Source of the DNA: an uncultured Candidatus Saccharibacteria bacterium | GTDB lineage: Bacteria > Patescibacteriota > Minisyncoccia > Phycocordibacterales > G965230995 | Assembly: GCA_965230995.1 (NCBI GenBank) | Contig: OZ246398.1 | Span: 656,213 to 720,212, forward strand | Direction: 5' to 3' | DNA length: 64,000 bases | Shown here: piece after piece, positions 52,701 through 61,131 of the stretch | Numbering within the stretch: the first letter of the stretch is position 1 | Layout of the letters: every line of letters begins with the position of its first letter | Made by a program: the position numbers and the translations under genes | The notes under the pieces: generated by a model | Told to the model about the DNA's origin: nothing | Databases searched by the model: none | Seen by the model: only the letters and a program-made list of their open reading frames with translations

Positions 52701-52901
52701 GGTGACAAAATGGCGTTTTTGAGACTGGCAGACAAAAGCGACAGTATAGAATGTGTAATGTTTCCGAGAACGCTCGTACAATACGGAGCGGTGTTATCAA
52801 AAGCAGTTACAATTGCCATTAAAGGTAAATTTTCAAAAAGAAACGACTCTCCAAGCATTATTATAGAGGCCATAAAGGCCATGGACGAAAAACCGTCCTA
52901 A
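49701..52901 (+). CDS. dnaE: DNA polymerase III subunit alpha
   Basis: N-terminal PHP domain (FVHLHLHSHYSLL), polymerase core and OB domain. 1066 aa. Confidence 0.95.
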   Translation: MSKFVHLHLHSHYSLLNALPKVKEIVKACVANNMKAVAITDNGNMHGAIDFYKKCTEAGIKPIIGVDFYLASRTLHDKQPGIDTERYRLVLLAKDITGYRNLIKLSTTGYVEGFYYKPRIDKEILTKHTEGLICISPSFSGDISKALRHDDTKKAEDLVSYYKNLFGEDFYIEITHHPEIMGHEEHMEKLIDFSKKLNVPIVGAHDVYYINPEDHSARETLITVGTGSISSGNIGDGGEEDFSFISSKKAEELFKNTPEAIENIEKIVNKCNLTLELGKWTFPKYPINEGESYDDILREKAYEGIKKRGLKETPELTTRVDYELSVIKQKGYSSYFLIVSDLLKHAKDAGIVSTTRGSAAGSMVSYLTYITTVNPMEYKLPFERFLNPERPSAPDIDMDIADDKRDDMINYAKQKYGEDKVAQIGTFGTMMARGSVRDVARALGFSYNEGDRIAKLIPMGSQGFPMTISRAIEMEPELKEIYEKETEAKEIIDMAKKIEGCARHISVHAAGVVIAPSPLTDYTPLLLDPKGGKLITQFNMHAVEDAGLVKFDFLGIKNLAILSDAIKRVKKIAGEIVDLDTIPLNDIKTFEMLARGETIGVFQLSGTGMTKYLKDLKPTNIHDINAMVALYRPGPMESIPEYIKRKYNKHLIEYLDPRMKDILDQSFGVITYQDDVMMIAIKLGGYSWLEADKLRKAMGKKIPEEMEAQKKKLHEGLLKNGMSESKAKELWALIEPFAAYGFNKAHAASYGKVAYQTAYMKANYPAIYMSAVLTADSGDTEKIAEIIGECKHLKIPVLPPDINESYEPFSVVTKDPNKEGDVDKIRFGLVTVKNFGEHIAHIIVEERKVNGKFLSMQDFLERIKDRNLNKKSLEALIKVGAFDSFGERGMLLANLENLLAYNKENNKRETDQDSIFGLMQDTSTVPGLKLQNFPPVSESIRLSWEKELLGLYISGHPLNAHANTLRAKPNIKYLKQFSKENDVVKVAGIAEEVKEIFTKKGDKMAFLRLADKSDSIECVMFPRTLVQYGAVLSKAVTIAIKGKFSKRNDSPSIIIEAIKAMDEKPS

Positions 52902-52924
52902 AGAGGGTTTGTTTAATAAAACCT

Positions 52925-53105
52925 TGCATAACAATAGAGAATACATATAATTAAAGTATACGAGATTGTTGTGGCTACCAACCACAATTCCACAATCGGA
53001 ATCGAAAGACTAATCGTTACAAAACAAGAACAAAGTTGGGTGGAACCGCGATTTGACTCGCCCCGACAAAAATGAATTTTTCATTTTTGTCGGGGCGATT
53101 TAATT
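52925..53105 (+). promoter_or_regulatory. T-box riboswitch leader upstream of thrS (AGAGA box, putative ACC specifier loop, T-box GGGTGGAACCGCG, terminator hairpin)
   Basis: AGAGA at 52935-39. Hairpin TTGTGG-CTACCAA-CCACAA with ACC at 52977-79. AGTTGGGTGGAACCGCG at 53033-50. 17-bp terminator hairpin at 53058-53098 plus TTT. Confidence 0.7.
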
Positions 53106-53125
53106 TTTAATTTAATTTATAAAAT

Positions 53126-54883
53126 ATGAAAAAAGAAAACGATGAAAAATTAGAGAACTTGAGGCACTCCCTCGCCCACCTGCTTGCAAGTGCAGTACTA
53201 AAAAAATATCCGGATACCAAAAATACAATTGGGCCTGCTATTGATAATGGTTTCTATTATGACTTTGATTTTAAAACCCCAATTTCAGACAAAGATCTAA
53301 AGGATATTGAAAAGGAAATGAAGAAGACTCTGAACAAATGGACAGAATTTACCCACAAAGAGGTTTCAGAAAAAGAGGCAAAAGAATTTTTCAAAGATAA
53401 TCCATACAAAATAGAGCTCATTGATGAAATCGTCGCAAAGGGTGAAAAAATAACACTATACACCTGCGGTGATTTTACTGATCTCTGTCGAGGTGGTCAT
53501 TTAGAAAATCCAAAATCAGAAATAAATACAGACGCTTTCAAATTGGATAAAATTGCCGGAGCATATTGGAAAGGTGACGAAGAAAACAAGATGCTCACAA
53601 GAATTTACGGAATTGCATTTGAAAAACCAGGAGAACTAGAAACTTTTCTAAAGAACCGAGAAGAAGCTCTTAAAAGAGACCACAGAAAACTTGGAAAAGA
53701 AATGAGTATTTTTGCTTATGACGATGATGTTGGTCCTGGTCTTCCCCTTTGGCTTCCAAACGGTGGCGCGATTATAGAAGCCCTAGAGTCTCTTGCAAAG
53801 GAAATGGAATTTCGTGGCGGATATAAACGCGTAAAAAGCCCCCATCTTGCAAAAGAAAATTTGTACCTAACAAGCGGGCATCTGCCATACTACAAAGAAA
53901 GTATGTATCCTCCTATGGAATATGAGGGTGGAAAATATTATCTAAAGGCGATGAACTGCCCTCATCATCACAAAATTTACGCTACAGAAAAGAAAAGCTA
54001 CAAGGATTTGCCTTTGAGACTCGCAGAATATGGTACTTGTTATCGTCACGAAAAATCAGGAGAGCTTTTTGGCCTTATGCGAGTTCGCTCAATGCAAATG
54101 AACGATGCACATATATATTGCACCGAAGAGCAATTCTTTGAAGAATTCAAATCGGTAATTGAAATGTATCTCGCCTATTTCAAAATATTTGGAATTGAAA
54201 AATATATGATGAGACTTTCCAAACATTCAAAAGAAGGTTTGGGTAAAAAATACATTAATTCACCAGAATTATGGGTAAAGACAGAAGATATGGTGAGAAA
54301 ATGTTTAGTTGATTTGAATGTTCCGTTTTTTGAAGCCGAGGATGAAGCTGCATTTTACGGACCAAAAATAGACGTTCAGGTTTGGAGCGTTATCGGTCGT
54401 GAATTTACCTTAGCAACCAATCAGGTGGACTTTGCAGTTCCAGAAAGATTCAAACTGACATACACGGACAAAGATGGAAAAGAAAAAACACCACTCTGTA
54501 TTCACAGAGCGCCTCTTTCAACGCACGAAAGATTGATTGGATTTTTGATTGAACATTATGGTGGTAATTTTCCAGTTTGGCTTTCCCCTGTTCAAATAAA
54601 AGTAATACCAGTGAGCGATTCTCATATCGAGATAGCAAAGAAATTCGCAAAGAATTTAACACTTGCCGGAATTAGAAATGATGTTGATACAGGAAATGAT
54701 TCATTTGGAAAGAAGGTCCGAAATGCAAAAACAGAAAGAGTTCCATTGTTTGCAATAATCGGTGACAAAGACATCGAGTCTGGAACTATCACTCTAGAAT
54801 CAAGAGACAAAGGCAAAATTGGCTCTCTCAAAGAATCCGAGATTATAGAAATGATTACAAAAGATATAAAGGAATATAAATAA
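53126..54883 (+). CDS. thrS: threonine--tRNA ligase (lacking N-terminal TGS domain)
   Basis: Class II motifs, the zinc-binding site of ThrRS (CPHHH) and a C-terminal anticodon-binding domain. Confidence 0.9.
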   Translation: MKKENDEKLENLRHSLAHLLASAVLKKYPDTKNTIGPAIDNGFYYDFDFKTPISDKDLKDIEKEMKKTLNKWTEFTHKEVSEKEAKEFFKDNPYKIELIDEIVAKGEKITLYTCGDFTDLCRGGHLENPKSEINTDAFKLDKIAGAYWKGDEENKMLTRIYGIAFEKPGELETFLKNREEALKRDHRKLGKEMSIFAYDDDVGPGLPLWLPNGGAIIEALESLAKEMEFRGGYKRVKSPHLAKENLYLTSGHLPYYKESMYPPMEYEGGKYYLKAMNCPHHHKIYATEKKSYKDLPLRLAEYGTCYRHEKSGELFGLMRVRSMQMNDAHIYCTEEQFFEEFKSVIEMYLAYFKIFGIEKYMMRLSKHSKEGLGKKYINSPELWVKTEDMVRKCLVDLNVPFFEAEDEAAFYGPKIDVQVWSVIGREFTLATNQVDFAVPERFKLTYTDKDGKEKTPLCIHRAPLSTHERLIGFLIEHYGGNFPVWLSPVQIKVIPVSDSHIEIAKKFAKNLTLAGIRNDVDTGNDSFGKKVRNAKTERVPLFAIIGDKDIESGTITLESRDKGKIGSLKESEIIEMITKDIKEYK

Positions 54884-54892
54884 CCAAAACAA

Positions 54893-54921
54893 AAAGCCCC
54901 GCGCGTAGCGCGGGGCTTTTT
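54893..54921. terminator. bidirectional rho-independent terminator (AAAAGCCCCGCGC-gta-GCGCGGGGCTTTT)
   Basis: 13-bp GC stem with flanking A and T runs between thrS and gyrB. Confidence 0.8.
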
Positions 54922-54924
54922 GTT

Positions 54925-57018
54925 TTAAATATCCAATCTCGCCTCTTTTGCATTTGACTGTATAAATGTTTTTCTGGCTGGAACGTCTGTACCCATCAAA
55001 ACATCGAATATCTTGTCTGCAGAAACGGCATCTTCAACGGTAACCAATTTTAACACCCTAGCCTTTGGATCCATTGTTGTCTCCCATAATTCTTCAGCGT
55101 TCATTTCTCCGAGACCTTTGTATCTTTGTACTCTGACTTTTGAAGCTTTCTTTTGGACTGCCTCTTCGTTTTCTTCTTCACCCTCAGCATCTTCTGATTC
55201 AACCACCATTTCTTCTTTGCCTACTAGTTTGTTTTTTTCTTCATCAGAATACGCATAAGAGATTGCTTTACCCTTTTGGATTTTATATAAAGGTGGCTGA
55301 GCAATATAAATATATCCAGCATCGATAAGTGGTCTAAAATAACGGTAGAATAATGTCAAAAGCAATGTCCTAATGTGTGCACCGTCAACGTCGGCATCGG
55401 TTGCTATGATGACTTTGTGGTATCGCAATTTTTCAATTTCGAATGTATCACCAATTGCAGTTCCAAGAGCTACCACAAGATTTCTAATTTGTTCTGATCC
55501 GAGCATTCTATCCAATCTAGCTCTTTCAATGTTTAGAATCTTACCTCGCAAAGGCAGAATTGCCTGCGTTCTCCTGTCTCGTCCCATCTTTGCAGTACCA
55601 CCAGCAGAGTCTCCCTCTACAATAAACAATTCTGATTCGTTGGCGCTCTTTGTCTGACAATCAGCAAGCTTTCCAGGCAATGTCATACCGTCCAAGGCCC
55701 CTTTTCGAAGCACGGAATCTTTTGCTGCTTTTGCTGCTTTTCTAGCCTTTAGGGCAAGAAGAGATTTGTTGATTATATTTTTTGCATCATCTGGGTGCTC
55801 TTCGAGATATTCGGCAAAAGCCTCACCAAATATCGTTGTCACCATTCCTTGCGCTTCCATAGAACCGAGCTTTGCTTTTGTTTGACCTTCGAATTGAATC
55901 TCTCGCAATTTAACAGAAATAGCACACGTTAGACCTTCGAGCACATCGTCTCCGGTAAAGTTCTCGTCTTTTTCTTTTAGAATGTTGTTCTTTCTACCAT
56001 ATGCATTGAGAGTTCTCGTAAGAGTTGTTTTGAAACCTGTTACGTGAGTACCGCCCTCTCCGTTATAAATATTGTTTGCAAAAGGCAAGATTCTCGAAGA
56101 AATATCATCAACATATTGTAAAGACACTTCTACGCTTTCATATTCGTTTACTGGTTTTTCAACGTAAAAAATATTTTTATGTACTGGTTTAAATATCTGG
56201 TTGTAGAATTTTACAAGAGAAACTAGACCTCCTTCGAAATAGAAAGACATTGAAGGAACATCGAGTCCCAAGTCCTTGAGATAAAATTCACCCTCAATAT
56301 CGAGATCTCCCTCGTATTCTCTGGCGTCAATTACTGTAATTCGAAGACCTTTGACCAAATATGCTTGCTGTCTCAAATGAGAAACAATTCTCTTCCATTC
56401 AAATTTTACTTCTTTAAATATTTCTATGTCTGGTTTAAAAGACACAACTGTTCCGTGTTTGTCTGATTTGCCAATCTTTTTAACAAGAGCCTTTCTCTTT
56501 CCTTGAGAATATTCCTGCATATGAATATTACCCTCGCTGTGGACTTCGACTTTACAGAAAACAGATAGTGCGTTTACAACTGAAGCACCCACACCGTGAA
56601 GACCTCCGGAGACTTTGTAACCCTCACCGCCAAATTTTCCTCCGGCATGGAGAGTTGTCATAATTGTCTCGAGAGCAGATACGCCAGTTTTTTTATGTAT
56701 TCCAACAGGAATACCACGACCGTTATCTACTACTCTAATTATATCACCAGGAAGTATTGCAACTTCGATTTCATTTGCATGACCGTTCATCGCCTCGTCT
56801 CTCGAGTTGTCGAATATTTCCCAAATCAAATGATGAAGACCATCTGGTCCTGTTGTACCAATATACATTCCAGGCCTTTTTCGTACCGGTTCAAGTCCTT
56901 CGAGGACTGTGATATCGTCTGCCCCATACGAGCCCTTTGGTTTTTTTTCCTCTTTATCTTTAGCCATTTTTTGTGAATTTAATGGGATAATTATAGCAAA
57001 TTTTAGAGTATTCCGCAA
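54925..57018 (-). CDS. gyrB: type IIA topoisomerase ATPase subunit (DNA gyrase subunit B)
   Basis: GHKL ATPase motifs (LHHLIWEIFDNSRDE, GLHGVGASVVNA), TOPRIM EGDSAGG, C-terminal GyrB tail. Likely true start at MAKDKEE (about 56967). Confidence 0.85.
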   Translation of the reverse strand: MRNTLKFAIIIPLNSQKMAKDKEEKKPKGSYGADDITVLEGLEPVRKRPGMYIGTTGPDGLHHLIWEIFDNSRDEAMNGHANEIEVAILPGDIIRVVDNGRGIPVGIHKKTGVSALETIMTTLHAGGKFGGEGYKVSGGLHGVGASVVNALSVFCKVEVHSEGNIHMQEYSQGKRKALVKKIGKSDKHGTVVSFKPDIEIFKEVKFEWKRIVSHLRQQAYLVKGLRITVIDAREYEGDLDIEGEFYLKDLGLDVPSMSFYFEGGLVSLVKFYNQIFKPVHKNIFYVEKPVNEYESVEVSLQYVDDISSRILPFANNIYNGEGGTHVTGFKTTLTRTLNAYGRKNNILKEKDENFTGDDVLEGLTCAISVKLREIQFEGQTKAKLGSMEAQGMVTTIFGEAFAEYLEEHPDDAKNIINKSLLALKARKAAKAAKDSVLRKGALDGMTLPGKLADCQTKSANESELFIVEGDSAGGTAKMGRDRRTQAILPLRGKILNIERARLDRMLGSEQIRNLVVALGTAIGDTFEIEKLRYHKVIIATDADVDGAHIRTLLLTLFYRYFRPLIDAGYIYIAQPPLYKIQKGKAISYAYSDEEKNKLVGKEEMVVESEDAEGEEENEEAVQKKASKVRVQRYKGLGEMNAEELWETTMDPKARVLKLVTVEDAVSADKIFDVLMGTDVPARKTFIQSNAKEARLDI

Positions 57019-57044
57019 AAGAACTTTTCCACTTTTTAAGCTAT

Positions 57045-57598
57045 GAAAGGCTTTACATTATTGACTGATGTGGTACAATAGAGAACCAGAAGCAAGGCTA
57101 CATGCTCACTCGGGTATGGTCTTGTTTAGAAAATTCTTTTTTTGAGAGGGCTACAAAATGGCCAAAAAAAAATCAGAGCCACTGGCAGTACAGAGGATGA
57201 AAACCTTCGTAGGAAGGTTTCCCGTCCTGGTCTCAAGCCGTGAAAAGCTCTCGGAGCTTCGGGTCCTCCAGTTGGTACGCCAGTCCTTGCTGGCCCCCGG
57301 CAATGACACCGTCGACACCAGGACCATCGACGAACTGGTGGAGGAGGGTTTGTCCGTAGATGCCGCGTACAGGTCACTTTTGTACCCGACCGGTACGGGC
57401 TACGAAGTGGACGAGAAGCTGTTCAACAATTTCTACACCATCTACGGTGCGTTGAAGTTGATGAAGCGGCGCCCAGACATGTGTACCACCAGAACCTTCA
57501 GTGTGAAGAAGGTGGTAGCCTGAAGCATGGTCTAGCCACCCATGCAGGAGTAAGCCGCGCAATCCCCCGGGAAAGTGCGGCTTCAACGTTTATACTAG
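57045..57598. other. GC-rich island E (single-gene foreign-composition cassette between gyrB and pheT)
   Basis: About 55% GC. Promoter TTTACA-16-TGgTACAAT. Confidence 0.6.
57158..57523 (+). CDS. hypothetical protein (121 aa) in GC-rich island E
   Basis: ORF with GAGAGG Shine-Dalgarno. Minus-strand ORFs here are judged shadow ORFs. No recognisable domain. Confidence 0.5.
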   Translation: MAKKKSEPLAVQRMKTFVGRFPVLVSSREKLSELRVLQLVRQSLLAPGNDTVDTRTIDELVEEGLSVDAAYRSLLYPTGTGYEVDEKLFNNFYTIYGALKLMKRRPDMCTTRTFSVKKVVA

Positions 57599-57599
57599 A

Positions 57600-59519
57600 T
57601 TATCTAACCACCCAGCCTTTTTCAGAAAAAGCTTTGCTTATTGCCTCCATAATTGGATTTACTTCTTCGACAGTGAGAGTCCTTTCAAATGATTGGAATA
57701 TCAATCTAAAAGCAATAGATTTTTTCTTTTGTCCGTCTATTTCTTTTTCAAAGACATCAAAGAGATATTTTTTAATACAGAGCTCATCAACATTTTCAGA
57801 GATTACTTTTTCTACATCTTGTGGGTTGATTTCCATCGGGACAAAAACAGCAATGTCTCTGGATACAAATGGATATGCGGAAAACTTTTGGAATTTTTTA
57901 TCACCAGGCAAAGACTTGAAACCGAGATCAGAAATGGAATCCTTTTCTGGAAGATTTTTTATTACATCACTAAGATTAGCTTCCCAAATATAACCGAATT
58001 CACCCTTTGTTATTTCACCATCTAATTTTATGCCGAGACCGCTTTCAATTTTTGAAACAGTATCTTTCAATATATTCTCGGGTAATACTCCTTTTTTCTT
58101 TTTAATAATATTTATTCCAATTGCGAGGTGTGTTTCTTCACCATTTTTTGTAAACACCTCACCGATTTCAAACAATTTTATACTTTCCAAAGAGAGCAAA
58201 TCTGAATTTCTACTATTTAGGGTCAAGGATTCTGCAAGTTTTTTTGAAAGCTTTTCTCGCAATGCAGATTTATCGCTCGCTAAGGGATACGCAATTTCAA
58301 AATGACCTTTGTCCACCAAAGAATACAGAAGCGTTTCGCTATATCCATCGAGAGAAAGAATATTTTTTATTTTTTCTGAATAATAGAATATTTTATTTGG
58401 TGAAATTTTGTATGATAGTGGCTCCAAATTTTTTGAAGATATTTTGTCGTATCCTATTACCCTACCGATTTCATCTGCAATATCTTCTTCTATTTTTAAA
58501 TCAAGTCTTTCAAATGGCGGAATAATTTCAATCAATTCACCATTTTGTTTGACTTCGCAACCCATTTTTTGCATTGATTCCTCGATAAAACCAGCCTTTA
58601 GGTCTACTCCTAGAATTGCTTCTATGTTTTCTTTTTTGACATCTATCTTCCATTTTTTAGCTTTTTCTGGATATATATCGCTTTGCGCTCCAAAGTTAGC
58701 GTTTGGTATTGATTCTTTAATCAAAACACAAATCTCTCGCATTGCTTCCCCTGCGAGCTCCTCACTAATTTCATTTTCAAATCTTTTTGAAGAATCGTTT
58801 CTGAGATTGTATTTTGTTGAAGTTCTTCTTACGATAGACGGCTTAAAATTAGCAGATTCAATTACAATATTTTTTGTTGCATTTGTTACCTCAGCTCTTT
58901 TACCACCTTTTACACCAGCAATTGCAAGCGGTCCTGTATTGTCGGCTATTACCAAATCTTTTTCACTCAAAATGACCTTTTCGCCAGTTAGCAAAATAAT
59001 CTCCTCACCTTCTTTTGCGTTTCTCACAAAAATACCGCCGTCAATTTTATCCGCATCAAAAATATGCATTGGCTGACCGACATCGAACATAACAAAATTC
59101 GCGACATCAACGAGAAAATTAATACTTTTTTGTCCGATTGCTTCTAGATTATTTTTTATCCAATCTGGTGTTTTGGTTTCTGTAATATTCGTAACTTCTC
59201 TTGCAATATATCTTCGGCAAAGGTTTTTATCATTTATTTCAACCTTGAATTTTGGTGGCACACTTGATGAAATTTCTGTAAATGTCGGTTCTTTAATTTG
59301 TAGTCCAGTCAAAACCATTATTTCTCTTGCAACGCCTCTGTGGCACAAAAGATAGTGTGCCCTATCTGGCAAAACTTTTCCTTCTATGACTAAGTCATTA
59401 TTTTTTTCTTCGATTCCTTCTACTTCGAATAGATGATTAGTAAAAATCTCTTCCAATTTTTTCGCGTCTGGAATTTTGGTTTGGAAATATGAACTTAGCC
59501 AATTATGAGAAACTTTCAT
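57600..59519 (-). CDS. pheT: phenylalanine--tRNA ligase beta subunit (short form)
   Basis: B3/B4 and B5 domains plus C-terminal FDX-ACB-like region. 639 aa. Follows pheS. Confidence 0.85.
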   Translation of the reverse strand: MKVSHNWLSSYFQTKIPDAKKLEEIFTNHLFEVEGIEEKNNDLVIEGKVLPDRAHYLLCHRGVAREIMVLTGLQIKEPTFTEISSSVPPKFKVEINDKNLCRRYIAREVTNITETKTPDWIKNNLEAIGQKSINFLVDVANFVMFDVGQPMHIFDADKIDGGIFVRNAKEGEEIILLTGEKVILSEKDLVIADNTGPLAIAGVKGGKRAEVTNATKNIVIESANFKPSIVRRTSTKYNLRNDSSKRFENEISEELAGEAMREICVLIKESIPNANFGAQSDIYPEKAKKWKIDVKKENIEAILGVDLKAGFIEESMQKMGCEVKQNGELIEIIPPFERLDLKIEEDIADEIGRVIGYDKISSKNLEPLSYKISPNKIFYYSEKIKNILSLDGYSETLLYSLVDKGHFEIAYPLASDKSALREKLSKKLAESLTLNSRNSDLLSLESIKLFEIGEVFTKNGEETHLAIGINIIKKKKGVLPENILKDTVSKIESGLGIKLDGEITKGEFGYIWEANLSDVIKNLPEKDSISDLGFKSLPGDKKFQKFSAYPFVSRDIAVFVPMEINPQDVEKVISENVDELCIKKYLFDVFEKEIDGQKKKSIAFRLIFQSFERTLTVEEVNPIMEAISKAFSEKGWVVR

Positions 59520-59523
59520 AAAA

Positions 59524-60252
59524 TTAGAATTGATTTATTAAACGAAGATCACCGGTGTACAAATGCCTAATGTCATCTATCCCGTACCTAAGCATTATCA
59601 GTCTGTCTATACCACCACCAAAAGCAAAACCTTTCCATTCTTTTGGATCGATACCAACAGAATTAAATACGCAAGGATGAACTATTCCGGCACCAAAAAT
59701 TTCAAGCCAACGATTTTTCCACCATACGTCCACCTCAAAACCTGGTTCAACAAAAGAAAAGAAACTTGGTCTGAATCTTATTTTTGCATCTGGACCAATG
59801 AATTCTTTAAAAAAGTATTCTAGCGTACCCTTCAGTTCCGTAATAGAAACTTTTTTATTGACATAAAGACATTCTATCTGAAAGAACTGAGCTTCGTGAG
59901 TCATGTCTGTGGCTTCATTTCTAAAAACTTTTCCTGGAGCAATGATTTTAAATGGCTTGATATCATTTTTTATACTTTCAAGAAATCTAACCTGTACAGA
60001 TGAGGTGTGAGTTCGTAAAACTTTTCTCGGCTCTCCCGGTTTTGTCTTGACCCAAAATGTATCCTGCATATCTCTGGCCGGGTGATCTTCTGGTGTTCCT
60101 AGAGCGTCAAAGTTGTAGAATTCTGTCTCAAGCTCTGGTCCGAACTGAGCTGAAAAGCCAATTTTATCGAAAATAGCTGATATATCACGAACGGCTTGAG
60201 TAATAATATGCAAATGTCCACTTTTTTCTCCTTCTTCTTTTAAGATGTCCAT
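59524..60252 (-). CDS. pheS: phenylalanine--tRNA ligase alpha subunit (catalytic core only)
   Basis: Class II motifs 2 and 3 (FRPSFFSFVEPG, GFAFGGGIDRLIMLRYGIDDIR). Confidence 0.9.
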   Translation of the reverse strand: MDILKEEGEKSGHLHIITQAVRDISAIFDKIGFSAQFGPELETEFYNFDALGTPEDHPARDMQDTFWVKTKPGEPRKVLRTHTSSVQVRFLESIKNDIKPFKIIAPGKVFRNEATDMTHEAQFFQIECLYVNKKVSITELKGTLEYFFKEFIGPDAKIRFRPSFFSFVEPGFEVDVWWKNRWLEIFGAGIVHPCVFNSVGIDPKEWKGFAFGGGIDRLIMLRYGIDDIRHLYTGDLRLINQF

Positions 60253-60287
60253 ATTTCGATTATATATGAGATTTTTATAGATTCAAA

Positions 60288-61130
60288 CTAGAAAATAAGC
60301 TTTTTAATTTCTTCTCCGTTTTTTATGTATATTGTATCCCTATCTTCGACAAAGAATTTTATGTTTTTCCCGAAATAGAGAGGAAACCATTGAATGCTTT
60401 GCTCCGAGTCAATTGCAAGACCATAAAGCCCATCATTTTTTAGGACCAAGAAAACATCATCTCGATAAGGGAAAAAATCAAAATCAATTACATTACTTCC
60501 AAGTAATGGCACGACAATCTTTTTGCTACATTCTAGAAAACCACAAAAATAATATGGGGAAGAACTTTCCTTACCGTTCCAAACGATAATAATATTATTG
60601 TTCCATATTTCGGCTACCATATCTTTATATGCTTTTGCTATTTTTCCTTTTTCAATATGGTTTATAGAAGAAAATCTTTTCTCAATGTCATTGTATTCCT
60701 TATTCTCATATCCAACTCCTGCCCCACTTCCTCCGCTTTGTAGAAATTTTGGTATGTCTTCTGTATTTGTTTTTTCTTCAATAATGAAAGGATAGACTTC
60801 TGTTACATATTCTGGATAGACCTCAATTTTGGTTTCCCAAGGAAAAAATCCTTGCTTTTCTGTTCTGACAGAATATTTCCCTGGTTGTATGCTCTGGAAA
60901 AAATATGTCTTTTGAAAGAAATTAGATTCTCTCTTTTTTTCATTGTTAATATATATAGAAACATTAGGTTCATTTACCCTAACAGTAATTCCACCAGTTC
61001 TGGTAATAAAACGCATATTTTCAAAACGGTAACCAATTGAATACAAGACGAGCAACGGTGCTCCGATTACAAAAATAATCGTAAGAGTAATCAAGTATAT
61101 TTGTCTTTTTCGTTTTGAAAGTGTTTCCAT
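60288..61130 (-). CDS. membrane-anchored PEGA-domain protein
   Basis: N-terminal TM helix. PEGA-like motif (PGKYSVRTEKQGFFPWETKIEV). Confidence 0.5.
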   Translation of the reverse strand: METLSKRKRQIYLITLTIIFVIGAPLLVLYSIGYRFENMRFITRTGGITVRVNEPNVSIYINNEKKRESNFFQKTYFFQSIQPGKYSVRTEKQGFFPWETKIEVYPEYVTEVYPFIIEEKTNTEDIPKFLQSGGSGAGVGYENKEYNDIEKRFSSINHIEKGKIAKAYKDMVAEIWNNNIIIVWNGKESSSPYYFCGFLECSKKIVVPLLGSNVIDFDFFPYRDDVFLVLKNDGLYGLAIDSEQSIQWFPLYFGKNIKFFVEDRDTIYIKNGEEIKKLIF

Positions 61131-61131
61131 A

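Noticed and set aside
57126-57586. 83-aa and 70-aa minus-strand ORFs in island E
   Set aside because: Pro/Arg/Gly-rich translations characteristic of antisense reading of a GC-rich gene. No start context.
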